From positions 1 through 41,937 of the forward strand of contig CAXSIG010000001.1 of NCBI GenBank assembly GCA_964237255.1: DNA of 41,937 nt, read 5' to 3'. Position 1 is the first letter of the stretch. Every line of letters begins with the position of its first letter. The notes under the pieces were generated by a model that did no database searches, was not told the origin of the DNA, and saw nothing but the letters and a program-made list of their open reading frames with translations. Below are positions 16,851-26,198 of the stretch, one piece after another. Position numbers and translations under genes: made by a program. The DNA comes from an uncultured Bryobacteraceae bacterium (GTDB lineage Bacteria; Acidobacteriota; Terriglobia; Bryobacterales; Bryobacteraceae).

Positions 16851-17626
16851 AGGTCATCACCGTCTGTAATGCAAAAGGCGGCTGCGGGAAGTCCACAATT
16901 GCACTTAGCCTAGCAGCGTCTCTTGGCCGAACGCGAGGAAACAAGGTTCTGGTGATTGACATGGACCCTCAGGCCCAGGTCTCAGACTGGCTTCGGGCGA
17001 GTAACGGCTTAAGCATCGAGGGAACCCTGACTTCGGTCTTTCTCAGGGCTGAACGGCTTCAAGACATTGTTAAAGAGACCAGTATTCAAAACGTTTGGAT
17101 CGCACCTGGTTCTCAGCCGCTTGAAAGTATTAGCCATTCGATGACGGAACAGGATGGTTACGAATCGCTCCTAGCAGAGTTCTTAGACCAGCTTCCAAAC
17201 GGGGCATTTAACTATGTAGTGATTGATTGCCCAAATCAAATTTCTCCGCTGATGGAAAATGCAATCGTGCCAACGGACGTATTTGTGGTGCCGATTGAAA
17301 GCACAAAGGCGGTTGCTTCATACGCAAACTTCTTTGCTCTAGTTCAGAAGCTTCGATCGGACGGGAGCTACCGGATGCTTCACGTCTTGAACAAAATCAC
17401 TCTTCAAGGTGTGCGAAAGAGTATTTTGAATTTCATGAGCGAGGAAGGAATCCCGGTTGCAAAGACAGAAATTCGAGACTGCGGCTGGCTTGCCCAGGTA
17501 GACAGATACGGCGGTTCAATTTTTACGTACCGGCCAAACTCGAAGGGAGCGTCAGATATCCCGCTTCTTCAGCAAGAAATTTTGGCCAGCATTCGGCAAA
17601 CAGAACGTAAGGTCGCAAACGGATGA
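16847..17626 (+). CDS. parA: ParA-type partition ATPase
   Basis: Deviant Walker A is VCNAKGGCGKSTIALSLA. ATGA overlaps occur with rep upstream and with parB downstream. Confidence 0.9.
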   Translation: MKVITVCNAKGGCGKSTIALSLAASLGRTRGNKVLVIDMDPQAQVSDWLRASNGLSIEGTLTSVFLRAERLQDIVKETSIQNVWIAPGSQPLESISHSMTEQDGYESLLAEFLDQLPNGAFNYVVIDCPNQISPLMENAIVPTDVFVVPIESTKAVASYANFFALVQKLRSDGSYRMLHVLNKITLQGVRKSILNFMSEEGIPVAKTEIRDCGWLAQVDRYGGSIFTYRPNSKGASDIPLLQQEILASIRQTERKVANG

Positions 17627-18483
17627 GCGAGAACACTGCACCAAAGAACGAAGAAAGAGTTTCGCGGCTGGGGCTCGTTAAGAGCGGAGCCGCTTCAAAC
17701 ATCTCATTAAAAATGCCACGGAGAGGTAAGGTGACGGTTGATTTAGAAGCAATTGTTCCAGACCCAAGAAACGAGCGAAAAGCCTTTCGCGGAATTGACG
17801 AACTTGCAGCCTCGATTGCCAAAGTCGGTATTGTAGAACCGCCGACCGTTGTTCCTATGGATGACGGCCGCTACATGCTTACTACCGGGGAGAGACGGTG
17901 GAGGGCTGCAAAACAAGCGGGCCTAAAACAGATATCAGTCATTATCGGTGATCAGGAAGAGGAGAAAACTCGCCGCGTAAAGAGCCTCGTAAGTAACGTC
18001 CAGCGAGAAAATCTCAGCGCCCTTGAACTGTCCCAGGCCCTTCAGGAGATGAAGGAGGAGAACGGGGACATCAAAACAAACCGGGATCTCGCGGCTTTGG
18101 TTGGAAAAACCGAGCAGTGGGTAGGGCAGATTCTAAAACTTCTAAGCCTTCCTGAAGATATTCAGAATGAGATCCGCGGGGCGAGTATCGTCATTCCTTA
18201 CGAATCCGTTCTTCAGGTCGCACGGGCTGATGACGAGGCATCCCAAAGGGAACTTCTAAAGGAGGTTCTCTCGGGTGCAAGCGTTAGAGCTGTTCGGGAA
18301 CAAGCAAGGAGTTCAAAACCGGCCGCGAAAGGGGCAGGGAAGGGGAGTATCAATTCTACTCAAAAGATTGCAACGTCCAAAGGCTGGGTGATCATTCACT
18401 GCCAAAAGAAAAATGCGAAGAAGGAAGACTACGTCCTCTCGCTTACAGAGGCGCTGAAGGCTGCCCGGAAGCTTGAGGCCTAA
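17623..18483 (+). CDS. parB: ParB-type partition protein
   Basis: The ParB/Srx box is LTTGERRWRAAKQAGL, followed by an HTH region. Confidence 0.85.
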   Translation: MSENTAPKNEERVSRLGLVKSGAASNISLKMPRRGKVTVDLEAIVPDPRNERKAFRGIDELAASIAKVGIVEPPTVVPMDDGRYMLTTGERRWRAAKQAGLKQISVIIGDQEEEKTRRVKSLVSNVQRENLSALELSQALQEMKEENGDIKTNRDLAALVGKTEQWVGQILKLLSLPEDIQNEIRGASIVIPYESVLQVARADDEASQRELLKEVLSGASVRAVREQARSSKPAAKGAGKGSINSTQKIATSKGWVIIHCQKKNAKKEDYVLSLTEALKAARKLEA

Positions 18484-18503
18484 ACTAAAGACGTCTTTAG
18501 TTT
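18482..18503. promoter_or_regulatory. parS-like palindrome, copy 5 (22 bp, at the parB stop codon)
   Basis: aaactaaagacgtctttagttt. Confidence 0.5.
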
Positions 18504-18760
18504 TAGGGAGGAACGGCAAGGTGGTGCACAGCATCAGCGGCCCGTAAATGCTTTATACGAGTTGAAGAAGAGATGGTTGGGGAACAAGGTAGGGCCGCCC
18601 TTAGCAAAAACCGTTTAGGGCCATTTGCGGTTATTTATGGACCAACTATTCGCTGAGCCGCTAAGGTCTCCATCTTGCAGCCTCAACACTCAAGGCTAAA
18701 GCACCACTGAACATGGACGAATGAACAACTGCCTAGTGCGGGTGGGATGAGTAAAGTAGC

Positions 18761-19078
18761 CAGATTGGGAACTCGGAAGAGGAGAGAACCCGAAGGGGAA
18801 AAAGCCTGATCAACAACATTCAGCGCCTAACGGATGAAGAAGCACAACGGCAGATTTTGACTTCCGTCCTTTCGGGGGCAAGTGTTCGAAAGGTGCGGGA
18901 GCAGGTAAAGGCATCAACTCCTGGTAGGGCAGGGAAGCCGGTAGCGAAATCTACCCAAAAGATTGCAACATCAAAAGACTGGGTCTTCGTCCACTGCCAG
19001 AAACAAAATGCGAAGAAAGAGGATTACGTTCTGGCCCTGACTGAGGCGGTTAAGGCGGTTCGCCGACGAGAGAGCTGA
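18761..19078 (+). pseudogene. internally deleted parB paralogue remnant
   Basis: The in-frame translation is IGNSEEERTRRGKSLINNIQR|LTDEEAQRQILTSVLSGASVRKVREQ...STQKIATSKDWVFVHCQKQNAKKEDYVLALTEA. This aligns to ParB residues around IIGDQEEEKTRRVKSLVSNVQRE and to its C-terminal 75 aa. The middle of the protein is missing. Confidence 0.7.
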
Positions 19079-19183
19079 AACTACTGACTTCAGTAACAAC
19101 TGCCAAAAACATCCGGCAGGGGCTTTAAAGACTCGACAAGAGAGGTAGCGCGGTAGTTCGTCATTCCGTCGAGAGGGAAAAGG

Positions 19184-20299
19184 ATGCAAATCGTTTACTG
19201 TGTTATAGCGGTACTCTTCGGCATTAATGTACTGATTTTTGGCCACGAACTTGGCCATTATCTTGTCGGTCGGTATTTTAAGATAGCAATCCCGCGCTTC
19301 ACTGTGGGATTTGGTCCGCGGATACTTGGGGTAACTATCGGTGAGACGCTCTTCGAGTGGAGGCTTGTTCCAATTTGGGGTTTCGTCCAACCCCTTGGTT
19401 TTCTAGGAGCTGATGACCCTAATATTCTAGCTCTTGAATCCGAAAAGCATACTTTAGACGAGGTCATCCGGCGTTTGGGCGAGAGGGAAGGATTTTCTGA
19501 CCAGAAGCTTATATTTTTACAAAGGATTAGTGAGCTTCATTCGCTTTTGGATCCAAGACGTCATTACTACCTACTAAACGGTTGGCTGCAGATACTGTTT
19601 CTCGCCGCCGGCCCCGCTATGAATGTGGCTCTTGCCTTCTGTTTTGTAGGCGTTTCTATCGCAATTGAAGCTCAAGATCCAATGTTTTTTTACGTTCACA
19701 AGTACGCAACCCGTACAGCTCTAAAGAATCCCGAAATCGCTAAAAACGACGACCAGTTTTTTCTAGTTCAGAGAGTGAGTAGCAATCAGCCGATTACAGC
19801 CGCTCCATCGGAGGACAATGTATTGCTTTGCCTTCGCTATAGAAGTAAAGAAAAGACAGAGAAAGTGCCATATGACGGGTCTGCGGCGCTTGCCCTCAGC
19901 GAAGCTCGGCTGTTCACGTTGTCCCAAACCAGTGCTTGTAAATGGGATAACCTCCGTATGTGCCTAGGTGTCCTCGAAGCCAGTGCTGAATTACCTTATA
20001 CTCCGAAGAACAAGAGTGGCTGGCCCCTTCAGAGGTTGGCCTCTGAAATGATTCAGAAGGGATTTATTCGTAGTATGTGTTGGCAGTTTGCGGTTTTCAG
20101 TTTGGGAATAGCCGTTTTCAATCTTTTCCCGGTTCCACCTCTTGATGGGGGAAAAATGGTGTTCTCTCTCCTGAAAGCCATTGGCCTTCCTCTCCCCGCG
20201 ACTGCTATTCTCCGGTTATCGTTGGTGGGAGTAGGAGTAGTAGGGCTGTATCAGCTTGTTACGTTGGTGCAACTAATTAAGCAGTGGCTTATACCCTGA
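19184..20299 (+). CDS. M50-family (site-2 protease-like) membrane metalloprotease
   Basis: It carries HELGHYLV (HExxH) and NLFPVPPLDGGKM (NxxPxxxLDG), with multiple hydrophobic segments. Confidence 0.8.
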   Translation: MQIVYCVIAVLFGINVLIFGHELGHYLVGRYFKIAIPRFTVGFGPRILGVTIGETLFEWRLVPIWGFVQPLGFLGADDPNILALESEKHTLDEVIRRLGEREGFSDQKLIFLQRISELHSLLDPRRHYYLLNGWLQILFLAAGPAMNVALAFCFVGVSIAIEAQDPMFFYVHKYATRTALKNPEIAKNDDQFFLVQRVSSNQPITAAPSEDNVLLCLRYRSKEKTEKVPYDGSAALALSEARLFTLSQTSACKWDNLRMCLGVLEASAELPYTPKNKSGWPLQRLASEMIQKGFIRSMCWQFAVFSLGIAVFNLFPVPPLDGGKMVFSLLKAIGLPLPATAILRLSLVGVGVVGLYQLVTLVQLIKQWLIP

Positions 20300-20335
20300 C
20301 ACCAGGTAGCACCAAGGGTGCCCTAGAATCAAGGG

Positions 20336-21652
20336 ATGCCAAAATCTCTTAGCCGACTCTTCCGTCGAGTCCTTATCGTGTACGCTGGCACGGTAATGGC
20401 ACTCCTTTTTGCGGCATTTGTAAGTGAGGGTATCAGCCTCGAGGCAGCATGGCGATGGGGGCAGTTTGCCAAGTATCCTAGCGTGCTTGCTGCTATACGT
20501 TGGAATCTAAGCCAGGAGGCGGTTTCGCTGTATGGCGTAGGTCTCTCAAACAGCGTAAAGTCACTAGCCGCTTATATCTGTCTTCTAATTACGGGAGGAA
20601 TTGCGTTATGGCGAGCCGTGATAAAAGGCCGTGCAACCTGGATATTTCTGGCTGTGTTGTTGTTCTCAATTGTCCCCGCAGCAAAGAGTGTCAGTCATCT
20701 TCCAGAGAGGCTGTTTGAATGGAAACACGGTTCAAGATATATGGACTCGTTGGTCTCAAAACAACCAATGGCGTTTATAGAAAACAACAAGGTGGGCTTT
20801 AAAGATGCCCATGGGCAGACTGCTATCCCGGCACGTTTTACCTGCGTCCAGGCACCATCTCGTGTATCTGCTGTCCCGGCAATAGTTGTGGACATTAATG
20901 GCAAGAAGACATTGATAGATTATAAGGGAGGCGAACTGTTTCCAGCTATTTATGATGAGCTACCATCCCTGATATTTGATCGCGACTGGATACGAGCCAA
21001 GTATAAAGGCAAGTGGGGATTTATTGATTATCGAGGTAACGAGAGGATTCCATTTAGCTTCGAAGAGTTGGGAGAAATGGGACAGATAACTGCAACAAAA
21101 AAGTTAGCAAGCTTTCGTCAATCCGGGAAGTGGGGGTACGTAAATCAAGCTGGCAAGGTTGTCTTGCCGCCCGTATGGGACGAGGCTTATGCCTTTTACG
21201 ACGGCGTAGCGAGTGTAACGCGAAGTAAAAAGCAATGCTACATTGATCAAACGGGCAAGGAGTTGGTACCGTGCGAATACGACACGGTTGAAGCCACTGA
21301 GCTACGCGCTCCCGGCCGAGGCCTATTCTGGGTTAAGCGTGAGGGGAAAACCGGCCTATACGACACGCAACGTCACAGCTTAGCTATTCCAATGGAGTTT
21401 GGCTCACAGTTAACTAATAGCGAGGTCATGCGGTTACCAGAGGGCTATAGGGTTACACCATCTAAGGACGATCCCAGGCTGAAAGGAGCCGCAGTAGTAT
21501 TTGTAGCGACTGGCCAAAAGCCCAATATCCCTTGGGCGCAGTACAAGGCCGAGCTAAAACAAAAGCTATCTCAGACCGCGTCTGGACCTGCTCGACTGAG
21601 TCGGCAGGCGGAGAACGAAGGCCGGTCACCTTATTGCGCGTCGGTCCGGTAA
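20336..21652 (+). CDS. membrane-anchored WG (KWG) repeat protein
   Basis: The N-terminus has TM segments. Repeats include KVGFKDAHGQ, KGKWGFIDYRGNE and SGKWGYVNQAGK. Confidence 0.7.
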   Translation: MPKSLSRLFRRVLIVYAGTVMALLFAAFVSEGISLEAAWRWGQFAKYPSVLAAIRWNLSQEAVSLYGVGLSNSVKSLAAYICLLITGGIALWRAVIKGRATWIFLAVLLFSIVPAAKSVSHLPERLFEWKHGSRYMDSLVSKQPMAFIENNKVGFKDAHGQTAIPARFTCVQAPSRVSAVPAIVVDINGKKTLIDYKGGELFPAIYDELPSLIFDRDWIRAKYKGKWGFIDYRGNERIPFSFEELGEMGQITATKKLASFRQSGKWGYVNQAGKVVLPPVWDEAYAFYDGVASVTRSKKQCYIDQTGKELVPCEYDTVEATELRAPGRGLFWVKREGKTGLYDTQRHSLAIPMEFGSQLTNSEVMRLPEGYRVTPSKDDPRLKGAAVVFVATGQKPNIPWAQYKAELKQKLSQTASGPARLSRQAENEGRSPYCASVR

Positions 21653-21726
21653 GAATGGCACTAGTTAGACGTTATGATGCATAACAACTAAGACAGCCCT
21701 TCAGAAAACGGTAAAAAAAGGACGCT

Positions 21727-22092
21727 ATGCCAGAACCGATACTCATCCCACCAATCGAGGGGATACGCAAAAAGCTACACAAAGGACTTATAGACTACTT
21801 GGATCAGGATCTCAGGAGTCTAGTTGATAGTAAGAAAATAGAAGCGTGCCAAGGAGGGTTAGAGTATTTGTCGACGAGAGGGCTAAGATCAGAACTCATC
21901 TTTCAGGCCGCTACAAGTCCTGTTACCCGCAGACTGGTGGCGCAGTTTGAGGGTTTAGAGAAATGTTTGCAGCAAAAGGCCTCTGATGTAAGGGCGTCAG
22001 TTAATCAGCAACATCTAATCGCCGAGGAATCCAAAACTGTGGCAGAGGGGCTGAAGATCATACGTGAACGGCAGCAAGCGCCTCGAAACTAG
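21727..22092 (+). CDS. hypothetical protein (121 aa)
   Basis: ORF only. Confidence 0.4.
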   Translation: MPEPILIPPIEGIRKKLHKGLIDYLDQDLRSLVDSKKIEACQGGLEYLSTRGLRSELIFQAATSPVTRRLVAQFEGLEKCLQQKASDVRASVNQQHLIAEESKTVAEGLKIIRERQQAPRN

Positions 22093-22211
22093 AAGCGATG
22101 TACTGAGGTTCCTGCTAATGGACCTGAGGTAATCGTTTTATTCCGGCAGCGTCCCGCGCTGGGGTGGGGCAAGCCGGTAATTGTGACACCCAGCTCTACT
22201 CATCGACCCAG

Positions 22212-22775
22212 CTACTTCTGGGTTGGCTCTTCCTTTGGTTCGAGGCTCAGTTCTGATGGGCATCCTTCCTCGTAAGGGTCCACAAAACACCCCTCGTATT
22301 TCCTGCTTCTGATTACCCAAACTGGCATAACACCGTTAGCTGACTGTATCGCTTGAAGCCGCTGGCTTTGTACAGTGCTTAGAGGAACGGCATAGGCGTC
22401 GACTGCTACAGAGAACGCGGCTCGTTCGTAAAGACTTAGCGCAGCGTCAGCAGATGGGTGGTACTGGAGATTGCGGTAAAGCTTTCGAAGTTCCGCCTGA
22501 AGAGTTGGGTGAGACTGGGGATTCAGATTAACCTCCCGAAGTACACGATTTGCTTGGGCCTTTAGCAGGATCTGATCTGCTTCATTTACCATTTTCTGCT
22601 GCCCTCCGCCATAAAAAGTAAAGAGGTTCACACCAGCGCTGGCACAGGAGAGAATAATCGCAGCAAAACTAATGTAGAGGGTAAGCGTGTTTCGCTGTAC
22701 GACGAAAGCCGATTTGTTCTCTGAAGAGCCGGAAGAACTTCCGGGACGCGGAACATGCTGAAGTGGTGTTTCCAT
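22212..22775 (-). CDS. hypothetical single-TM protein
   Basis: The ORF track extends to 22829, but the internal ATG at 22775 (METPLQ) is more plausible. A hydrophobic segment is ISFAAIILSCASAGVNLF. The gene lies directly downstream of the coupling-protein gene. Confidence 0.45.
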   Translation of the reverse strand: METPLQHVPRPGSSSGSSENKSAFVVQRNTLTLYISFAAIILSCASAGVNLFTFYGGGQQKMVNEADQILLKAQANRVLREVNLNPQSHPTLQAELRKLYRNLQYHPSADAALSLYERAAFSVAVDAYAVPLSTVQSQRLQAIQSANGVMPVWVIRSRKYEGCFVDPYEEGCPSELSLEPKEEPTQK

Positions 22776-22840
22776 GATTGGAAGAGTGTAGCGCAGGCAG
22801 GGGTATGAAGCCTCGTAGCCAGCTATCAATCGCCCTGTGT

Positions 22841-24502
22841 TTAGTCGTCGGAATCCTGTCGTAGACCACCATTAACTTCTTGGAACAGTAGCGGCGGCCC
22901 GTCGTCCTCTCCTAAGTCTTCAAAGAGCGCCTGGATGGAGGCAACCTGCTTGTACCAATCCTCATCTCGGACAAGGGTGAAGTTGTGCGGAAGAATGTCG
23001 CTAGACTCTTCAGCCGCTGGAGTCGATGCGACTACAGGGTGCCTCCAATAGTCACCACCGGGAATCGCATCCCAAGTGGGTAGGGGAGTAGAGTCTCTCC
23101 TAAGGTACTCAGTATGTGGGACCGGCCAGGCAAGGCGAGTGTGATAGGCGAAGTCGTCGGGGCCTAGATCTTTTAGCCACGGGTTTCCCTTGCCAGGAAA
23201 CGGCTTTGGTTCGGTGAACCCCTTCCCCCGCTCGACATAAACGTAGCACTCGCGTTCCGAAGGCGAAGTGAAAAAGAACTTCACCCGCGTGTTCGTCATG
23301 ATTGCCGGTGCAAGATCAAAACCAGTGGCGGTCTTAAGATCGGTCAGACTTTGATTTGCCAGAATGGCGCTGATGCCAAACGAACGAGCATCTTGAAGAA
23401 TACCTTGCAAGTTCTCGCCGGCAACCCGTTGAAGCTCGTCAATTACAAGTACGATGCGTCGTCGATCGGTCGGGTGGTTTTTCTTCCAGTCCTGCGCTGC
23501 AACTCGTAGGTTGAACAGAACGAGCTTTGCAATCTCACCAACGCTGATTGATTCAATTGCTGCTGGAAGCCAGAAGTAAGCGACTTGGCGCTCCCTAATC
23601 ACGTCGGCCATGAAGATAATACTTTCCGTGTTCGAAAGGTGCTCTTCGACACTGGTGAAGAGCTGCCGGTATTCCGTAAGCATCTCGATTACGGAGAGCA
23701 GTTCAAAGGCGTCGGCCTTAGCCTTTGAGTCCGATGTCCCTCTCAGGGCCTCTTTCAACTCGTTATGCAAATCGTCAAAGGAATTGATCGGTGTATCCCG
23801 TTTTAGCGTTTTAGAAAGAATGCTGCGGCTTCGCTCCGTGTAGTAGCTTCGTCCGTAACCTTTGCCGTGGTTTAGACTGAGCGCGTCCATGACGAGCTGG
23901 CAGAGCTGGGCCACGGTTCTGGACTTCCGGTCAAAACCGCGAAACGGATTGAAGCGGTACGTCGGCGCGTCTTTTTCCGTTGTGAAGAACTTGAATTTCT
24001 GTCCTCGGGCTTCGGCCTCTTTTTTCACTGTATGAAAGAGTGCAGCGTCTCCCTTGAGATCTAAAACCACAAGAGGATACGGCTCGGGCAGGGAAGGGCT
24101 GGTGGTCTGCCCGCCGCGCATGAGCTGCATGAGAAGGGACATGATTCCAAGACTGGTCTTTCCGGCGCCGCTTGGACCGACGATGTAGCAGTGCTCCGAG
24201 AGAATGTCCTCATGAAGGAGAAGTGTCGCTGGCTTTGTTTCCTCCCAAGCTCGGCGGTCAATTACGTTGTGGTAGTCGATTGCGTCAGCAAAGTTTGGAG
24301 TTTTTACGCCGACTGCTCGGGGAGCGCGAAAAAGATTCTTGTGGGTTTCCCATCCAATAAAAAGATGCTGTCCCCAAAAGTGCTTTTCTACTCCGGCTTG
24401 GTCGACCAGTCCTGGGTTGCGGCGAACAAACTCCACCCAGTGGTTCCACCACTGAGGAAGATCTTCTTGCCGGGGCGGGGAGACGATCTCGGGATGCTTC
24501 AT
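22841..24502 (-). CDS. type IV coupling protein-like ATPase (TraD/TraG/VirD4 C-terminal type); no TM segment seen
   Basis: Walker A is IVGPSGAGKTSLG and Walker B is IVLVIDELQR. A downstream ARSFGISAILANQSLTDL motif is typical of the TraG-D_C family. Confidence 0.7.
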   Translation of the reverse strand: MKHPEIVSPPRQEDLPQWWNHWVEFVRRNPGLVDQAGVEKHFWGQHLFIGWETHKNLFRAPRAVGVKTPNFADAIDYHNVIDRRAWEETKPATLLLHEDILSEHCYIVGPSGAGKTSLGIMSLLMQLMRGGQTTSPSLPEPYPLVVLDLKGDAALFHTVKKEAEARGQKFKFFTTEKDAPTYRFNPFRGFDRKSRTVAQLCQLVMDALSLNHGKGYGRSYYTERSRSILSKTLKRDTPINSFDDLHNELKEALRGTSDSKAKADAFELLSVIEMLTEYRQLFTSVEEHLSNTESIIFMADVIRERQVAYFWLPAAIESISVGEIAKLVLFNLRVAAQDWKKNHPTDRRRIVLVIDELQRVAGENLQGILQDARSFGISAILANQSLTDLKTATGFDLAPAIMTNTRVKFFFTSPSERECYVYVERGKGFTEPKPFPGKGNPWLKDLGPDDFAYHTRLAWPVPHTEYLRRDSTPLPTWDAIPGGDYWRHPVVASTPAAEESSDILPHNFTLVRDEDWYKQVASIQALFEDLGEDDGPPLLFQEVNGGLRQDSDD

Positions 24503-24504
24503 CC

Positions 24505-25182
24505 CTAACTCGCCTCCGGAGAGATAAACTCTTTGAGGTTTGTTGGTGCCGGTGCAATGTCAAGATGAATTCGGACGTCTGCAAACTGGTCTTTTCGAAT
24601 AAGCCGCTCAAGTTCCTCGCAGCGGTTCTGGTTTTGAAGGAGAACCGCAAGCTGGTAAGTCCCCCGTTCAATCCAGGGAATCAGCCGTTCATCGCTTGCC
24701 GCGTCGTAGGAGCTTTTCTTCAGGGTCGCTAGGAAGGTATTTAGTGAGCTGTTTTCGCTTGGAATAAAAAGGCGAAACACGGTACTGGCGTCGCCGTCGC
24801 TTTGCGCCACATGGACGACATTTCCGCCCTTCGGGGCTCCAAATAGAGTGTCCATCTCAACGTCCGACAGCCGCTTTCGGGGCACCCCACCCATGCAGGA
24901 AAACCACAGCGTAGCCAAATCCTGTGACAAGCCACGAGGCTCCTTTTCTCGGGCGCGATTCACCGGGAACCCTCTCGACTTTGCTCCCTTGGCGGTGAGT
25001 TGATAGTAGCGAAAATTTCCGCTGAGCCCGCGGTCTATGGCCTGAAGCAGGTCTGCCTTCAGAAGCCGGGTGAGGGAATTCTGACAGGAGGACCCCTCCA
25101 GGCAGGCGGTATCAATCACCTTCTTGATGGAGATGGTGTAGCGACCGATGTGGTCGAGAATTATCTGGTCGTGCTTTTCCAA
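24505..25182 (-). CDS. winged-helix protein, possibly replication-relaxation-like
   Basis: The ORF abuts the upstream gene. The N-terminus ILDHIGRYTISIKKVI...LTRLLKADLL is wHTH-like. Confidence 0.4.
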   Translation of the reverse strand: MEKHDQIILDHIGRYTISIKKVIDTACLEGSSCQNSLTRLLKADLLQAIDRGLSGNFRYYQLTAKGAKSRGFPVNRAREKEPRGLSQDLATLWFSCMGGVPRKRLSDVEMDTLFGAPKGGNVVHVAQSDGDASTVFRLFIPSENSSLNTFLATLKKSSYDAASDERLIPWIERGTYQLAVLLQNQNRCEELERLIRKDQFADVRIHLDIAPAPTNLKEFISPEAS

Positions 25183-25824
25183 TCACCAGACCTCATAGGG
25201 GAGCTTCTTCTCATTGCAGTATGCGTGAAACAGAAGCAGTTTCGCCTTTGAGTAGGCTCCCCCAAACTCAACGACGCGCTCCGGCCCGGCTGAGCTCCGG
25301 AGCATAACGTCTGGAAGGCGCTCGAACTTCTCTCGCTTCCGTTCCTGTTTAATCCGTTCTTCAAAGACCCATCCCGACAGAAGTTCTGGGGCGCGGCGGC
25401 GGTACAAAAGATACACCGCTGCCATGTGTATGTCGTGAGTCCTTTCGATTTCCCGAGGCGGCCGTCCGCCGTGTCCCCCAAATCGATTCATCGCAATTCT
25501 TGTCGCAGAGACACATCCCGTGATCACGGGATGCTGGTTCCACCTGGCCTGAAGGGTGTAGGAGGAAGAGCCAAGGTCAGGTTGCGGGTCTCCGGGAGTC
25601 CAGTCGATGACCGGAGCAATCATCTCGATTTCCGGATGAGCAGGAGCCCGCTTAATTTCAACTAGGTTCTCGGCCGCTAGAATCTTGAGTCTGTCGCCTA
25701 CGTTCTGGACTCCGTTTTTGGAATCCGGCCACCAGGTCCGGGCGATTTGTGCGATGGAGAAAACCCGGACGTGCTCAGTCAACGCACGGAGGATCTGAAG
25801 GTCTCTGGAAGTTAGATCCGTCAT
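25183..25824 (-). CDS. replication-relaxation family protein
   Basis: The N-terminus LTSRDLQILRALTEHVRVFSIAQIARTWW is typical of that family. Confidence 0.6.
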   Translation of the reverse strand: MTDLTSRDLQILRALTEHVRVFSIAQIARTWWPDSKNGVQNVGDRLKILAAENLVEIKRAPAHPEIEMIAPVIDWTPGDPQPDLGSSSYTLQARWNQHPVITGCVSATRIAMNRFGGHGGRPPREIERTHDIHMAAVYLLYRRRAPELLSGWVFEERIKQERKREKFERLPDVMLRSSAGPERVVEFGGAYSKAKLLLFHAYCNEKKLPYEVW

Positions 25825-26056
25825 GGAAGTTGATGAAAAACGAGCTTGCGGACGGGGTCTGTCGACCTAATCCAGACCATAAAAGCCCGCATCAAAGTTG
25901 ATTGTAAACCATTGAAGGATAAGGTAATTCGGGGAATAAAGTGGCACAGAACCCCAGGACGCCTAGGAGCAAGGCAATAGCCCGAGCCCTTGTTTTCGTA
26001 TGAAGCAGGGAGGGACGTATTGGCGGTCCTCTAATGTCACCCGGTAATAGGGAACC

Positions 26057-26198
26057 GGGGGTGCAAGGATGCACCCCGCGAAAACCCGAAGGCTGCCGCG
26101 ATGGCAGCCTGAGGACAGGAAGCCCGCGCGCCGCATCACCAATGGCCGTGACGGCCATTGCGGCGCGCAATACCGGGAGGCCCCCAGGATGGGGGCCA
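26057..26198. repeat. structured repeat family A, partial copy 1 (core only)
   Basis: It aligns to 26730-26872 and 28136-28278. Its hairpins are ggggtgca-agga-tgcacccc, ctgccg-cga-tggcag, and gcgcgccgc...aatggcc-gtgac-ggccatt-gcggcgcgc. Confidence 0.8.
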
